From: an uncultured Chloroflexia bacterium
GTDB lineage: Bacteria; Chloroflexota; Limnocylindria; Limnocylindrales; CSP1-4
Direction of reading: 5' to 3'
Assembly (NCBI GenBank): GCA_963763775.1
Contig: CAVXPZ010000001.1
Span: forward strand, 224,001 to 288,000
DNA: 64,000 bases
The first letter of the stretch is position 1. Each line of letters starts with the position of its first letter. The notes under the pieces were generated by a model. That model made no database searches and had not been told where the DNA came from. It saw only the letters and a list, made by a program, of their open reading frames with translations. Position numbers and translations under genes: made by a program. Below are positions 44,762-56,400 of this stretch, one piece after another.

Positions 44762-46006
44762 GTGACACGGCCCGGACCCGACGGCACGCCCCCGCGACTC
44801 TCGGTCCTGGTCCCGGCCTGGCAGTCGGCGGCCTCGATCGCCCAGGCGCTCGGCTCCGTGCTCGAGGAGACCTCGATCGCCCTGGAGTGCATCGTCGTCG
44901 ACGACGGCTCGACCGACGGGACGCCCGACGTCGTCGAGGCCATCGCCGCCCGCGACCCGCGCGTCGTCCTCATCCGCCTGGCCGAGAACGCCGGCGTCTC
45001 CGCGGCCCGGAACCGCGGCCTGGAGGTCGCTCGCGGGGAGTGGCTGGCCTTCCTCGACGCCGACGACCGGCTGCTGCCGGGAGCCATCGCGGCGCTCATG
45101 CGTCCCACCGCCGACCCGGCCGTGCGGGCGGTCGTCGGGCAGCGGATCTGGACCGACGGCGAGCGCCGCTGGCTCTCGCCGGTCTATGACGACCCGGATA
45201 TCCGCGAACCCGGCCGCAAGGCGATCGCCACGCATCCGGGCCTGCTCTTCTACGCCTCGGCGACGGGCAAGGCCTTCCACCGCTCGCTCGTCGACGGGCT
45301 GCGGTTCGAGGGCCGCGTCCTCGGCGACCAGCCGTGGACGATCCGGGCCCTGTTGCGCGCCGGCGACCGGATCGAGGTCATCGGCGACACGGTCTACGAG
45401 TGGCGGCGGCCCGCTCCGGGCACGCGCGGGGCCACGATCACCGCGGTCACCCGGGCCTCGGCGGCCCGGTCCATCGAGATCGCGGCGGTCGCCCGCACCG
45501 CGTTCGCCGAGGTGAGCGCGGAGGTCGACGCGCAGCTCCCGGACCCGGCGGCCCGGCTCGAGGTCAAGCGGGCGTACCTGGACCGGCTGATCCGGTCGGA
45601 CCTGGCGGTCCCGGTCACCGACGCGATCGACCGCCACGACCCGGCGACCGCCTCCCTGCTCCGGGAGGTGGGGCGCTTCCTGGCCTCGGTCCCCGCGCCG
45701 GTCCTCGCGCGGTCGACCCTGCTCGCGCGCCGGATCCTCCGGCCGCCGGTGGTCCGCTGGCGGTCGCTCGACCCCGGGGCGCGGTCCGCCTACTGGACGA
45801 TCCTCGACCGGGCCGCCGACGCCGATCCGACCGTCGGGCGACGGGTCGGCGGTCTCGCGCTGCGCCCCGCCTACGCGCTCGTCCGATCGGCTCGGCGCGC
45901 CGGTGGGGACGGCGATCGCCTCCGGCTGGTTCTGGGCAGGGTTCGACGGCGATCGCGATCGGCGGCCGGTTCCTCCGCCGCTGACGGGCCGGGCCGGCCC
46001 GCCTGA
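44762..46006 (+). CDS. Glycosyltransferase family 2 (ends uncertain; true stop may be 45984)
   Basis: LSVLVPAW, VVDDGSTDGT, NAGVSAARNRG, FLDADD; GTG 44762 after GGGAG. Confidence 0.88.
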   Translation: MTRPGPDGTPPRLSVLVPAWQSAASIAQALGSVLEETSIALECIVVDDGSTDGTPDVVEAIAARDPRVVLIRLAENAGVSAARNRGLEVARGEWLAFLDADDRLLPGAIAALMRPTADPAVRAVVGQRIWTDGERRWLSPVYDDPDIREPGRKAIATHPGLLFYASATGKAFHRSLVDGLRFEGRVLGDQPWTIRALLRAGDRIEVIGDTVYEWRRPAPGTRGATITAVTRASAARSIEIAAVARTAFAEVSAEVDAQLPDPAARLEVKRAYLDRLIRSDLAVPVTDAIDRHDPATASLLREVGRFLASVPAPVLARSTLLARRILRPPVVRWRSLDPGARSAYWTILDRAADADPTVGRRVGGLALRPAYALVRSARRAGGDGDRLRLVLGRVRRRSRSAAGSSAADGPGRPA

Positions 46007-46009
46007 CGG

Positions 46010-47168
46010 TCAGCCCAGGGCGTCCTGCAGGGCCGCGACGACTCGCGCGCGCCTGGCCTCGCCCAGGTCGGACGACGACGGCAGGCTGAACGCGACCGCG
46101 AAGACCGCCGGCCGCGACGTCGCCGCCGAGCCTGGGCGCGTCGCGGTACAGCCGGGTCAGGTGCAGCGGCGTCCAGATCGGCCGGCCCTCGATGCCGCAG
46201 GCGGCCAGGGCGCCGAGGACCGCGTCGCGGTCGAGCCGGGACACCGCCGGGTCGACGGCCGCCGTGTACAGCCAGAACGACGAGTCGGCCCACGTCGTCC
46301 GCGGCGCCGGCCGCAGCGCCGGGATGCCCGCGATCGCGGCGTCGTAGGCGGCGGCGTTCTCGCGACGGCCCGCGAGCAGGGCCGGCAGCTGCTCGAGCTG
46401 GGCCAGCCCGAGGGCGGCCGCCAGGTTCGAGAGCCGGTAGTTGTAGCCGACCTCGTCGTGGTCGTACGCCGGCCCGGGCAGGCGCGCCTGCGTCGAGAGG
46501 TGGCGCGCGCGCCGGGCGAGGCCCTCGTCGTCGGTGACGAGCATCCCGCCGCCGCCGGTCGTGATGAGCTTGTTGCCGTTGAAGCTGAAGCGCCGACGCG
46601 CCCGATCGTCCCGACGTGGCGGCCGTCGAGCGGCCCCGCCGACGTAGCGCGCGCCGAGGGCCTCGGTCGCGTCCTCGATGATCGCGACGCCGTGCCGCTC
46701 GGCGGCCTCGAGGACCGGCTCGAGGGCCGCCGGGATGGCCGAGCAGGTGCACGACCTCGATCGCCGCCGGCTGCCGGCGCCCGGTCCGCGCGCGCGCCGT
46801 CGAGCTCCGCGACGACGAGCGCCGGATCCAGGTTGTAGGTCTCCGCCTCCGAGTCGACGAGGACCGGGGTCGCGCCGACGTACTGCACCGGGTTCACCGA
46901 TGCGACGAAGGTGAGCGTGGGGACGAGCACCTCGTCGCCGGGGCCGACGTCGAGGACGCGCAGCGCCAGGTGGATCGCGGCCGTCCCCGACGAGCACGCG
47001 ACGGCGTACTTCGAGCCCACGGCCGCGGCGAACTCGCGTCTCGAACCGGCTGACGAACGGGCCCACCGACGAGACGAAGTTCGTCGCGAGGCACTCCTCG
47101 AGGTAGCGCGCGGCGTTGCCGCCGATGACGGGCTCGGCGAGGGCGATCCGCTCGTCAGAGCTGGACAC
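46010..47168 (-). CDS. legC: DegT/DnrJ sugar aminotransferase (LegC-like), frameshifted
   Basis: NFVSSVGPFV, ACSSGTAAIHLAL, EDATEALG, FSFNGNKLITTGGGG, GYNYRLSN. Confidence 0.85.
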
Positions 47169-48155
47169 GGGTGGCCTCCGTCGGCGGGGTGGGCTGCGAC
47201 CGGAGCCAGTCGATCGTGGCGGCGATCCCGGCCTCGAGGCTCGTGGCCGCCGTCCATCCGAGCAGGTCGCGGGCGAGGGACGGGTCCGACTGGAGCGCCA
47301 TCACCTCGCGACGCGTCCGGTCGCAGGCGGTCGGGCGCCTCGACGACGCGTGGCGTGGTTGCCGGTGAGCTCGCAGGCGATGTCGAACAGGTCGCCGATC
47401 CGCTCGGTCCGGCCCGGTGCCCAGCTGGATGGTCCGCCCCTCGACGCCCGGCGCGGTCGCGGCGCGCACGAACCCGTCGACCGTGTCGGCGACGAAGGTG
47501 AGGTCGCGGCGCGTGTCGAGTCGGCCCAGCTGGATCTCGCGGCTGTCCGGCGAGGAGCTGGCGGAGCATCGTGGGGAGCACGGCCCGCTCCGACTGGCGC
47601 GGACCGTAGGTGTTGAACGGCCGCAGGACCGTCACCGGCAACCCGTGGCTGAGGTGGAACGCGATCGCCAGCTGGTCGGCGGCCACCTTCGACGCGGCAT
47701 ACGGCGACTGCGCCTGGAGCGGATGGGTCTCGCGGATCGGGAGCTCGGCCGGCGTGCCGTACACCTCGCTCGTCGAGGTCTCGATGACCCGCCGCGACAC
47801 CGCTCCGCCGCGCGGCCTCGAGGACGTTGAGCGTCCCGCGCACGTTCGTGTCGATGAACGATTCCGCCGCGACGTAGGAGTACGGGATGGCGATGAGCGC
47901 CGCGAGGTGGAAGACGATCTCGACGTCCTCGGTCGCCGCCTCCACGAACCGGGCGTCGCGGATGTCGCCGAGCCGGATGTCGAGGGCGGCGCGCGTCTCC
48001 GCGGCTGCCTCGTCGAGCCAGCCGGCCGATCCGCGGGAGTTGTAGATGCAGAAGGCCCGGACGCGGGCGCCCTCGGCCACGAGCCGCTCGACGAGGTGGC
48101 TCCCGATGAACCCGTCCGCGCCGGTGACGAGGACGGACGTGCCGCGCAGGCTCAC
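47155..48155 (-). CDS. legB: NAD-dependent sugar 4,6-dehydratase (LegB-like), frameshifted
   Basis: VTGADGFIGSHL, HLAALIAIPYSY, TSTSEVYGT, QSPYAASK, RPFNTYGPRQSERAV. Confidence 0.88.
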
Positions 48156-49194
48156 TGGCCGCCCTCGCGCGCCAGCGCCAGGTGCTCACGCTGGCCGACG
48201 TCGACCCAGTCGTCCTCGACCTCGAAGGCGCCGACCGTCTGTCCGGCGGCGAGGACGCGTTCGATGACCTCCGGCATGGTCGTCCGGATGCCCGGCACCA
48301 CATGGTCGAGCGACCTCCGGCCCCAGCGCGTAGATCCCGGTGTTGACCTCTCGCGAGATCGTGGGCTTCTCGTCGATCGCGACCACGCGGTCGCCGTCAC
48401 GCTCGATGCATCCGAACGGCACGGTGTGGAGGTACCGCCGCGTGCCGATCGTCGCGGCGTACCCGCCGGCGGCGTGGGACTCGAGCAGCCGCCCGATGTC
48501 GACGGACGTGACGAGGTCGCCGTTGAGCAGCACCAGGGCGTCCGTCGGGCGTTCCGGCAGCAGACGCGAGCGCACCGGCGGTCCCGAGCGGCTCGCTCTC
48601 GCGCAGGTACTCGATCGAGATGCCCAGGGCGCTCCCGTCGCCGAAGTGGTCCTCGATGACGTGGGCGAGGTAGTTCACCGACAGGAAGACCCGGGTGATC
48701 CCGAAGCCGGTCAGATGCAGCACGATCCGCTCGAGGATCGGCCGTCCCGCGACGCGGAGCATCGGCTTGGGGACGGTGTCGGTCAGCGGGCGGAGTCGCG
48801 TCCCTTCGCCGCCCGCCATGATCACCGCCCAGTTCGGTCGCGATGCCGGCTCGAGGAAGGCGTGGAGGAGGTGCAGCGCGACCGGGCGCCCCTCGCCGTC
48901 GAGGACCGGGATCGCATCGATGCGACGGGCGCGCATGAGGTCCAGCGCCTCGACCCGGCCCTGGCCGGCCGGCATCGCGACGAAGGCCCGATTCAGCACG
49001 GCCTCGAGCGGCCCATCGAGCGAGGCGCCGCCGAGGAGCGCCCGACGCAGGTCGCCGTCGGTGACGACGCCGGTCAGCCGGCCGGCCTTGTCCACGGCCA
49101 GGGCGATCCCGCCCGCCCCGGCGTCGACCGCCTGCATGGCGGCGCGGATGGAGCCGGTCTGGGCGACGATGGCCCCTCGGAGCGTGTCAGCCAT
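48152..49194 (-). CDS. CBS-domain sugar-phosphate nucleotidyltransferase (PtmE/LegX-like), frameshifted
   Basis: GVVTDGDLRRALL (CBS), MAGGEGTRLRPLT, PKPML, EPLGTAG, NGDLVT, DWVDVG. Confidence 0.87.
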
Positions 49195-49847
49195 CGGCCA
49201 TGCCTCGGGCGCGGGCGGGCACGCCGACCACGGTCGCGCCGGGATCCACGTCGGCGACCACGACGGCCCCCATGCCGACCACGGCGCCACGGCCCGACGG
49301 TGATGTGGTCGCGGACCGTCGCGCCGAGCCCGACCAGCGCGTCCTCGCCGATCCTCGCCCCGCCGCCGATGACCGCGCCCGGAGCGACGTGCGTGCGGGC
49401 GCCGATCGTGACGTCGTGCTCGACCACCGCCCCGGAGTTGAGGATCGCGTGGGCCCCGATCCGAGCCCCGGCGTTCACGACGGCGCCCGCGAGGACGACC
49501 ACGCCGGGTTCGAGGACCGCCGACGGGGAGACCCAGGCGCGAGCGTGGACGACGGTCGCCCAATCGGCGCCGTCGCCGATGGTCGCGACGGCCGCGCGAC
49601 GGGCCGCGGGCGGGCCGCCGAACCCGAGGACGAGCGACGGGCGGGCGTCCGGGGTCATGGTCGCGAGCTGCGCCGCCAGCTCCGCGTCGTCGCCGAGCCG
49701 CGGGAGGCCGAGAGCCGCCCCGATGGGATCGGCGAGCGGGTCCGTGAAGCCGGTCAACCGCCAGACCTCGGGCCGGCTCAGCGCGGCATCGGCGACGACC
49801 CGCGCATGCTCGCCGGCCCCGATGAGGACGAGGTCGCGCGGGGTCAT
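49187..49847 (-). CDS. NeuD/PglD-type hexapeptide-repeat acetyltransferase (frameshift near 49290)
   Basis: IGAGEHARVV, HARAWVSPSA, NSGAVVEHD, C-terminal VVGVPAR. Confidence 0.87.
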
Positions 49848-51030
49848 CCGGGCACGTGGATCGACGCCTTGCGGGGCGGTCTGGACGGTCGCCATGTCGC
49901 GATGATATGCGCCGCACGGGCGCCGGCTCGCCCGTCCGGGGCCTCCGGGTCCGGTGGCAGCGCGTGGCGGAACCCCGGGTCGAGGGCGCGGCGCAGGGCC
50001 GCCGTGATCGCCGCCGCATCGGGCGGCACGTCGATGACGTTGGGGCCGCGGCTCCGGCCCGCCTGGCGATCGCCGACGTTGACGACGGGCAGCCCGACGG
50101 CCGGGGCTTCGATGAGCCCGCTCGAACTGTTGCCGAGCATGGCGTCGGCGATGCGGAGGAGGCCCCAGTACCGCCGCTCGCCAAGCGCCTGGACCGCGAG
50201 CCGGTCGGACCGCCCCGCGACCGCGGCTTCGAGCGCGTCGCGGATCGCTGACGCGCCGGGGTCGACGTTCGGGAGCGTGACGACGTACGTCGCCTCGACC
50301 GCGTCCATCGCCGCCACCACGGCCGACACCGCGGCGGACGGGTCGGCGTCGAGCGTCGTCGGGTGGACCGTCACGATCACCACGGGCGCGTCGAGCGCGA
50401 TCCCGCAGCTCGCCGGCGAGCGTCGCCCGGTCCGGGAGATCGTCCCGGGCCACGCGCGTCGGTCCCGGGCGCGCCGACGACGTGCACGGTCGCCGGGTCC
50501 TCGCCCATCGCCACGACGCGGCGGCCATGCTCAGCGCTGCTGACGAGATGGAGGTGGCTGAGCTTCGTGATGGCGTGGCGGAGCGCGTCGTCGAACGCCC
50601 CGCGCGTCTCCTCGCCGCCATGGAGGTGGGCGATCGGGACGCGGTCGAGCGTGGCGGCGAGCGCCGCCGCGGCGGTCTCCAGCCGATCGCCGGCGAGGAC
50701 GAGCGCGTCGCTGTCGACGGTCCGGAGGTGGTGGCCGACCGCCCCGAGGGCGGCCGCGGCCTGCTGGTCGGCGGGCGGGTCGTCCGACTCGTCGAGCCAG
50801 GCGAGCTCCGCGGATGGCTCGAACCCATCGGCGCGGATGAGGTCGACCGTGTGGCCGTGCCGCCACGAGAGGTGCATACCGCCCGCCACGAGGTCGAGCC
50901 GGACACCCGGCTCGGCGAGGAGGCCGACGCACACCGAGCGGAGGATCCCCCAGTCCTGGCGACCGGTCGTCAGGACCGTGATGGTCCGGACCGCCGGACC
51001 GCCCGGCATCGGGTCCTCGGGTGCGGCCAT
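49844..51030 (-). CDS. neuC: Hydrolysing NDP-HexNAc 2-epimerase (NeuC/LegG-like), frameshifted
   Basis: TTGRQDWG, GMHLS, AGDRLE, HLHGGE, RHAITKLSHLH, GNSSSGLIEAP, GDRQAGR. Confidence 0.9.
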
Positions 51031-52764
51031 CAGCTGGCCTCGATGTCCGAGCCGCGGACCATCTGGCCGCCGCCGACGGGTGAGGCCGTCCGCCGGCCGA
51101 CGAGGTCGGTCGACCGGCCGGGAGCCAGGCCGGTTCCCGGTCGAAGCGCGACGAGGTCGTCGGGCCCGATCGTCGCCCCGGCGGCGAGATCGCGGCGCCA
51201 GTGGAGGCTCCGACGGGCCACGGCGGCCACATCCCGTTCGGCGTCCACGGGGCGCTTGCGACCGTCGCCGAGCGACGCTTCCGTCGAGCGGATCCCGGCC
51301 ACGAGCGCGCGAAACCCGTCGGGTTCCAGCGAGGCACGGTGGTCGGGCCCCGCGGCGTCGCGGTCGAGCGTGAGGTGCTTCTCGATGAGCGAGGCACCGA
51401 TCGCCACCGCGCCCAGGGCCGTCTCGATGCCCGGCGTGTGGTCCGACCAGCCGACGGGGACGCCGAACGCGCGTCGCAGGGTCTCGATCGCCCGCAGATT
51501 GGCATCAGCTGCCGCCGCGGGGTAGCTCGACACGCAGTGGAAGAGGCCCAGCGGCGGATCGCCGGCGGCGCGCACCGCGTCCACGGCCGCCGCGACCTCG
51601 ACCATGTCGGCCATGCCGGTCGAGATCAGCATGGGTCGGCCGCGCCCCGCGAGCCGTGTGATGAACGGCAGGTTGGTGAGCTCGCCCGATCCCACCTTGA
51701 ACGCCGGGACGTCGAGGGCGTCGAGCAGGTCCGCCGACCGGTCGTCGAACGGTGTCGAGAGGAACCCGATCCCGCGGTCGCGCGCATGGGCCTGGAGGGC
51801 GGACCAGGCATCGTCGGGCAGCGCCAGCCGGCGCAGCATCGCTCGCTGGTCCGCGGCCAGCTCCCCCGCGGCCTCCTGGTAGGCGGCCTTCGGCGCGCCG
51901 ACCGCGGCGAGGGCGTCCGGATCGAACGTCTGGAACTTGACGGCGTCGGCCCCGACGTCGGCCGCGGCGTCGACGAGCCGGTGGGCCGTCGCGACGTCCC
52001 CGTCGTGGTTGACCCCGGCCTCGGCGATGACGAACACCGCGACCTCGCCCGACGAGGCGGCCGCCGATCGGCACCGGGCGGACCGGCCGGGCCGCCAGGA
52101 GGCCCTCGGCGACGACCAGGTCGACCGGCTCGTCGACGTCGACCGACCGCTCGGGCGGGACGTCGAGTCCGATGGTCTCGCCGCCCGCCACGAATTGGCG
52201 GTTCGCCCGGAGGGCGGTGGCCCCGACCACGTAGAACGCCCCGGTGAGGAGCACGCCGTGCCCGGCGGCTCCCGCCACGTCGGTCAGGACGCCGTCCTCG
52301 CCGAGGCCCAGGTGCCACGCCGCGGGATGGCTGCGCGTCACGCTCGTGACCGACACGCCTCCCCCGGCCCGATGCCGCGAGACGGCCTGGACGACGTCCG
52401 CCGGGTCGGTCAACGGCGAGGTCGGCTGGAGGAGGACCAGGGTCTCGAACCGCTGGTCGCCCGCGGCTTCGATGGCGTCAAGCGCGTGGATCGCGACGTC
52501 GACCGAGGTCGCGTCCGCCGTCGCGAGCGCGGCCGGCCGTTCGAGCACGTCCGCGCCCCAGGCGCGGGCGGCGTCGGCGATCGCCTCGTCGTCGGTCGAG
52601 CAGACGATGCGATGCGGACCGTCGGGCACGGCCATCGCGACCGCTCGGGCGACGCGGACGGCCCGTCCCACGAGGGGGATCCCCCCGATCGGCGCGAGGT
52701 TCTTGCCGGGCACCCGCTGGCTGCCGCCACGAGCCGGCACCAGGAACAGGATCGCCCCGCTCAT
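51030..52764 (-). CDS. Nonulosonate cytidylyltransferase (NeuA/LegF) apparently fused to nonulosonate synthase (NeuB/LegI); frameshift near 52050
   Basis: PARGGSQRVPGKN, STDD, LQPTSPL and SVDVD, then IGGRLVG..FVIAEAGVNHDGD, AVKFQTF, KVGSGE, HCVSSYP, GWSDHT, EKHLTLD, GPDH and a C-terminal SAF domain (RRSLH...RPGTG). Confidence 0.88.
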
Positions 52765-54729
52765 CGCAGCCACTCGAGGAGCTCGTCGGCGATCCGCTGG
52801 CTCGCGTCGCCGGGTTCGAAGTGCTGTCGGAGGAACGCCTCGCGGCGCTCCGGTCGCATCGCGGCATCACGCGGCTCGTCGAGGGCCGCCGCGAGGTCGC
52901 CGGGGCTGTGGACCGGGATCGCGACGCCGGCATCGACGTATCCCAGCAGGTCGCTCGCCGCGAGGCCCGTCGCGAGGAGGTTCGGCGTCCCGGTGACCAC
53001 GGCCTCGGTGAGCAGCGTCGAGTGGATGCCGAGGTGGGCATCGGCCGCGCCCAGGAGCCGGTACAGGTCGATCGACTGCACGATGCTGATCGGGGGCGGC
53101 GCGAAGTCGCCGGCCGTCGCGAGGCGCCTCGATGATCCGCCGGTAGGGTCCCTCGTCCCGCTCGGACGGGTGGAGCTTGACCACGAGATGGATCCGCGAC
53201 GCCGGCTGGCGGAAGAGGTCCGCGAGCGCGATGGGGTAGTGGAACCGCCGGTACATCCGGCCCCACGTGCCGGAGAGGACCACCAATCGGTCGCCCGACG
53301 CGACGCCGAGCTCGCGGCGGACCGCCTCGCGGTCCACGGGACGCGGATCCACGAGGTCAAGCCGTGGCGAGCCGCCGACGCGGACCTCGTCCGGACGGTA
53401 GGCGCTGACCGTCGTCAGCAGGTCCCGCTCCCACGGGCCGAAGACGTACGTCCGGTCCGGGAGGCGGAGCGCGGCCGGGCGCGACTGGTGGATGTAGCCC
53501 GTATGCCAGCGGTAGATGACGCCGTGCTGGATCGCGACCGAAGGGATGCCCTCCGCCGCCGCCGCCGCGAGCCAGTCCTGGCGGTGGTACTCGTCGGCGA
53601 GGAGGATGCCCGCCGGCTTGAGCCGGCGCAGGACGGCCCGGATCCGGGGCACGTCGTGGAGGGCGAGATACGCGGTGCGTCGCGTGCGGGTGGCGACCTT
53701 CGTCGTCAGGGCCGGGCCGAGGTCGACGCCGGCGGCCACCAGGGGCGTCGACCCCGCGGCGATCCGGTCGGCGATCGCGTCGGCCTGCGCCTGCGCCTCG
53801 GTCCGGCTGATCGCCGGCTCCTCCGTGTCGATGATGTCGAACGGCAGTGACCGTTTCCCGTCCGGCGCCCGCAGGCGCGACCACGTGTCGACGTCCGCGA
53901 GCTTCCCGCGGATGTCGATCTCGACCGGGTCGAGCCGCGTGCCCCGGAGCCGCTCGGCGACCGGCCCGATGTACGGGTTCAGGTCGCGTCGGCCGGTCGC
54001 CGTCTCGATCCGCTGGCGCACGTGGGCCTGCACGACCACCAGCGGACGACCGCCCTCGCCGGCCAACCGAGCCAGGCGCCGCCGGGAAGATCGCCGCCGG
54101 CGCTCGAGTCTCGGTGGCCAGACCCGCCATCGGATCCGGCCCAGGAGCGAGCGTCCCGGGCCGCGTCGTTTGGCCGTCGGACGATCTGCCGCGAGCGCGG
54201 TCGCCGGGGCGGCCGCGACGGGCGCGGTCTCGTCGCGGAACGCCAGACCGTCGCGTCGGGCGACCAGCCCCGCAGCCTCGACCAGCCCGGCGTCCGTGCC
54301 GTTCGCGCACTCGACCGCCGCCGCGCCGGGAGCCGCCCGGAGCGATGCGTCCACCACGGCCAGCCACAGCAGTTCGTCGAGGAGCCACATCCAGAATTCG
54401 AGGCGCGTGCCGTACCAGAAGGACGTCCCCTCGATGGTCAGCGCGGTCACCATGCCGGCGGCGTCGGCCCATCCGTCGAGCCCCGCGTAGGCCTCTGCGA
54501 TGAGGTCGCGCTCGGCGAGGATCCCGGCGACGAGCTCGCGTAACCCGATGACGTTCGGGCTCGCCGGCCCGGCCCAGGTCGTGTCCAGGACGACCACCAG
54601 GGTCCGCGCATCGACCGCCTCCGCGGCGGGCGGCGCCGGCGCGAAGCGCAGGGTGTCGCTCCGCGGGCCCGGCCCGGGTCCCGACTCGCGCGGGCCATCG
54701 GCCGATGACGCGGACGGGTCGACTGCCAT
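52761..54729 (-). CDS. GT-B-like surface-glycan protein (candidate nonulosonyltransferase); frameshift near 53125
   Basis: SVAIQHG, VGGSPR and VKLHPSE motifs, HSTLLTEAVVTGTP, GDASQRI; overlaps the neuA start. Confidence 0.65.
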
Positions 54730-54777
54730 GCGGCTGAGGATAGCGGCTTCCCGCAGGCGCCGGACCTGGCGGACGGG

Positions 54778-56291
54778 CTACGAGGTCGGGGGCGCCGGCC
54801 GTTCTGCGGGCGAGGCGGCGCCGGCGACGCCCGCGGGCAGCAACTCGTCGTAGAGGGCGAAGAGCGTCCCGAGCTGCGCTCCCCAGTGATAGCGCTCGTG
54901 TGCCACGCGAAGGACATGGGCTCGGAGCGCGGCACGCTCCTCGGGAGGCGCGAGCACGATCGTCGAGATCGCGGCCGCGATGGCGCGCGGCGAGGTGGGG
55001 TCGCACAGCACGCCGACGGCCTCCGGGCCGACGATCTCCGCCATGCCCGGCAGGTCCGACGCCACCACGGGCACGCCCGCGGCCATGCTCTCGAAGAGCT
55101 TCTGGGGCGTCGTGAACCGGTGGTTGACGGTCGTCGGCTGGATCGCCATGACCGCGACGTCCGCGGATGCGGTCCAGCGGAGGAGGTCGTCCGGCGGCAC
55201 CGCGGGCAGCAGGTAGACGCGACCCCGGTAGGGCGGCGCGGCCGTCTCTGCGGTGAGCCGCTCGAGCCAGGTCCCGAACCCGAGCAGGGCGAGGACCGCG
55301 CCCGGGACGTCGAGGATCGCCGCCATCGTCTGCTCGATGCCGCGCTCGCCCATGAGGTGGCCCTGGTAGATCGCGACCGGCGTCCCCGAGGCCAGTCCGA
55401 GGGCCTCCCGGATGAGGTCCGGCTCCGGGACCGGCGGGTCCCAGGCCTCCGGGCAGTTCATGACCACCGGAGGGCGCGGGACCCCGAGCTGTTCCACGAG
55501 CAGGTCCGCGTACGACGCGTTCACGGTCAGGACGCGGTCGGCTTCGCGCGCCCACCGCCGCTCCAGCCCGGCCAGGATCGACTTGGCCGGCCATCCGAGG
55601 CGGGCGAAGTCGCGCGACGCCATGTAGACGTCCCGGCTGTCGTAGATCGTGCGACCGCCGTGCTGCCGGCGCATGCGCGTCAGCGCGGGGAGGGAGCCGG
55701 CCCACATGCCGTGCCAGATGTCCGCGGGCTCGGCCACGGACTCGAGCGCCCACGCCCAGCCGAGCGGGCGCAGCGGGAACATCTTCGCGAGCCGCACCCA
55801 GCGTCGCGGGAGACGGGTCACGAACCGGAGGCCGCGGCCGATGAACGACCGCACCCCCGTCTCGCCGGCCGGCTCCCGGCCCGCCCGGTCGTCCTCGGAG
55901 GGGCCGCCGGCATCGCCCTCGTCCCGGGTGCCCGCCTCCGACCGACGGCGGCCGCCATGGCGCGCCGGGCGCGCCGCCGGGCGAGTCCGCGGAGCAGCGG
56001 GAAGGCCATCTGCCAATCGAAGGGCGCGCGGACCAATCGGTAGCCGTCCAGCTCCTCGACCGGCGGGAGGCCCGGGTGCCAGCGGGCGTAGACCGTCACG
56101 TCGTAGCCGGCGGCGATCGCGGACCGAGCCATCCGGATCGTCCGCGCGTCGAACTCCCCCGAGGAGTAGGAGAGATACGCGATGGACGGCCGTCGGGTGG
56201 TGTGGCCCGACGGATCCGGCGCCGTGCCCGTGGTCGACCCGGCAGGGTGCGCCGGTCGATCAGCGACCTCGTGCGGCGTGGCGTCGTCCAT
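54778..56291 (-). CDS. Glycosyltransferase family 4; frameshift near 55960
   Basis: FDARTIRMA, IYDSRD, YQGHLMGERG, PQKLFESMAAGVPVVASDLP, YHWGAQ. Confidence 0.87.
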
Positions 56292-56400
56292 CCAGGCGGT
56301 CCACTCCTCGTATCGCGGCTCCGGTCACCGGGGCGGGCTGGCCGCCTGCCCACCATGCCACAGTCGGGCCGCGTTCGGGCAGGCGCGATATGCTCCGCCC

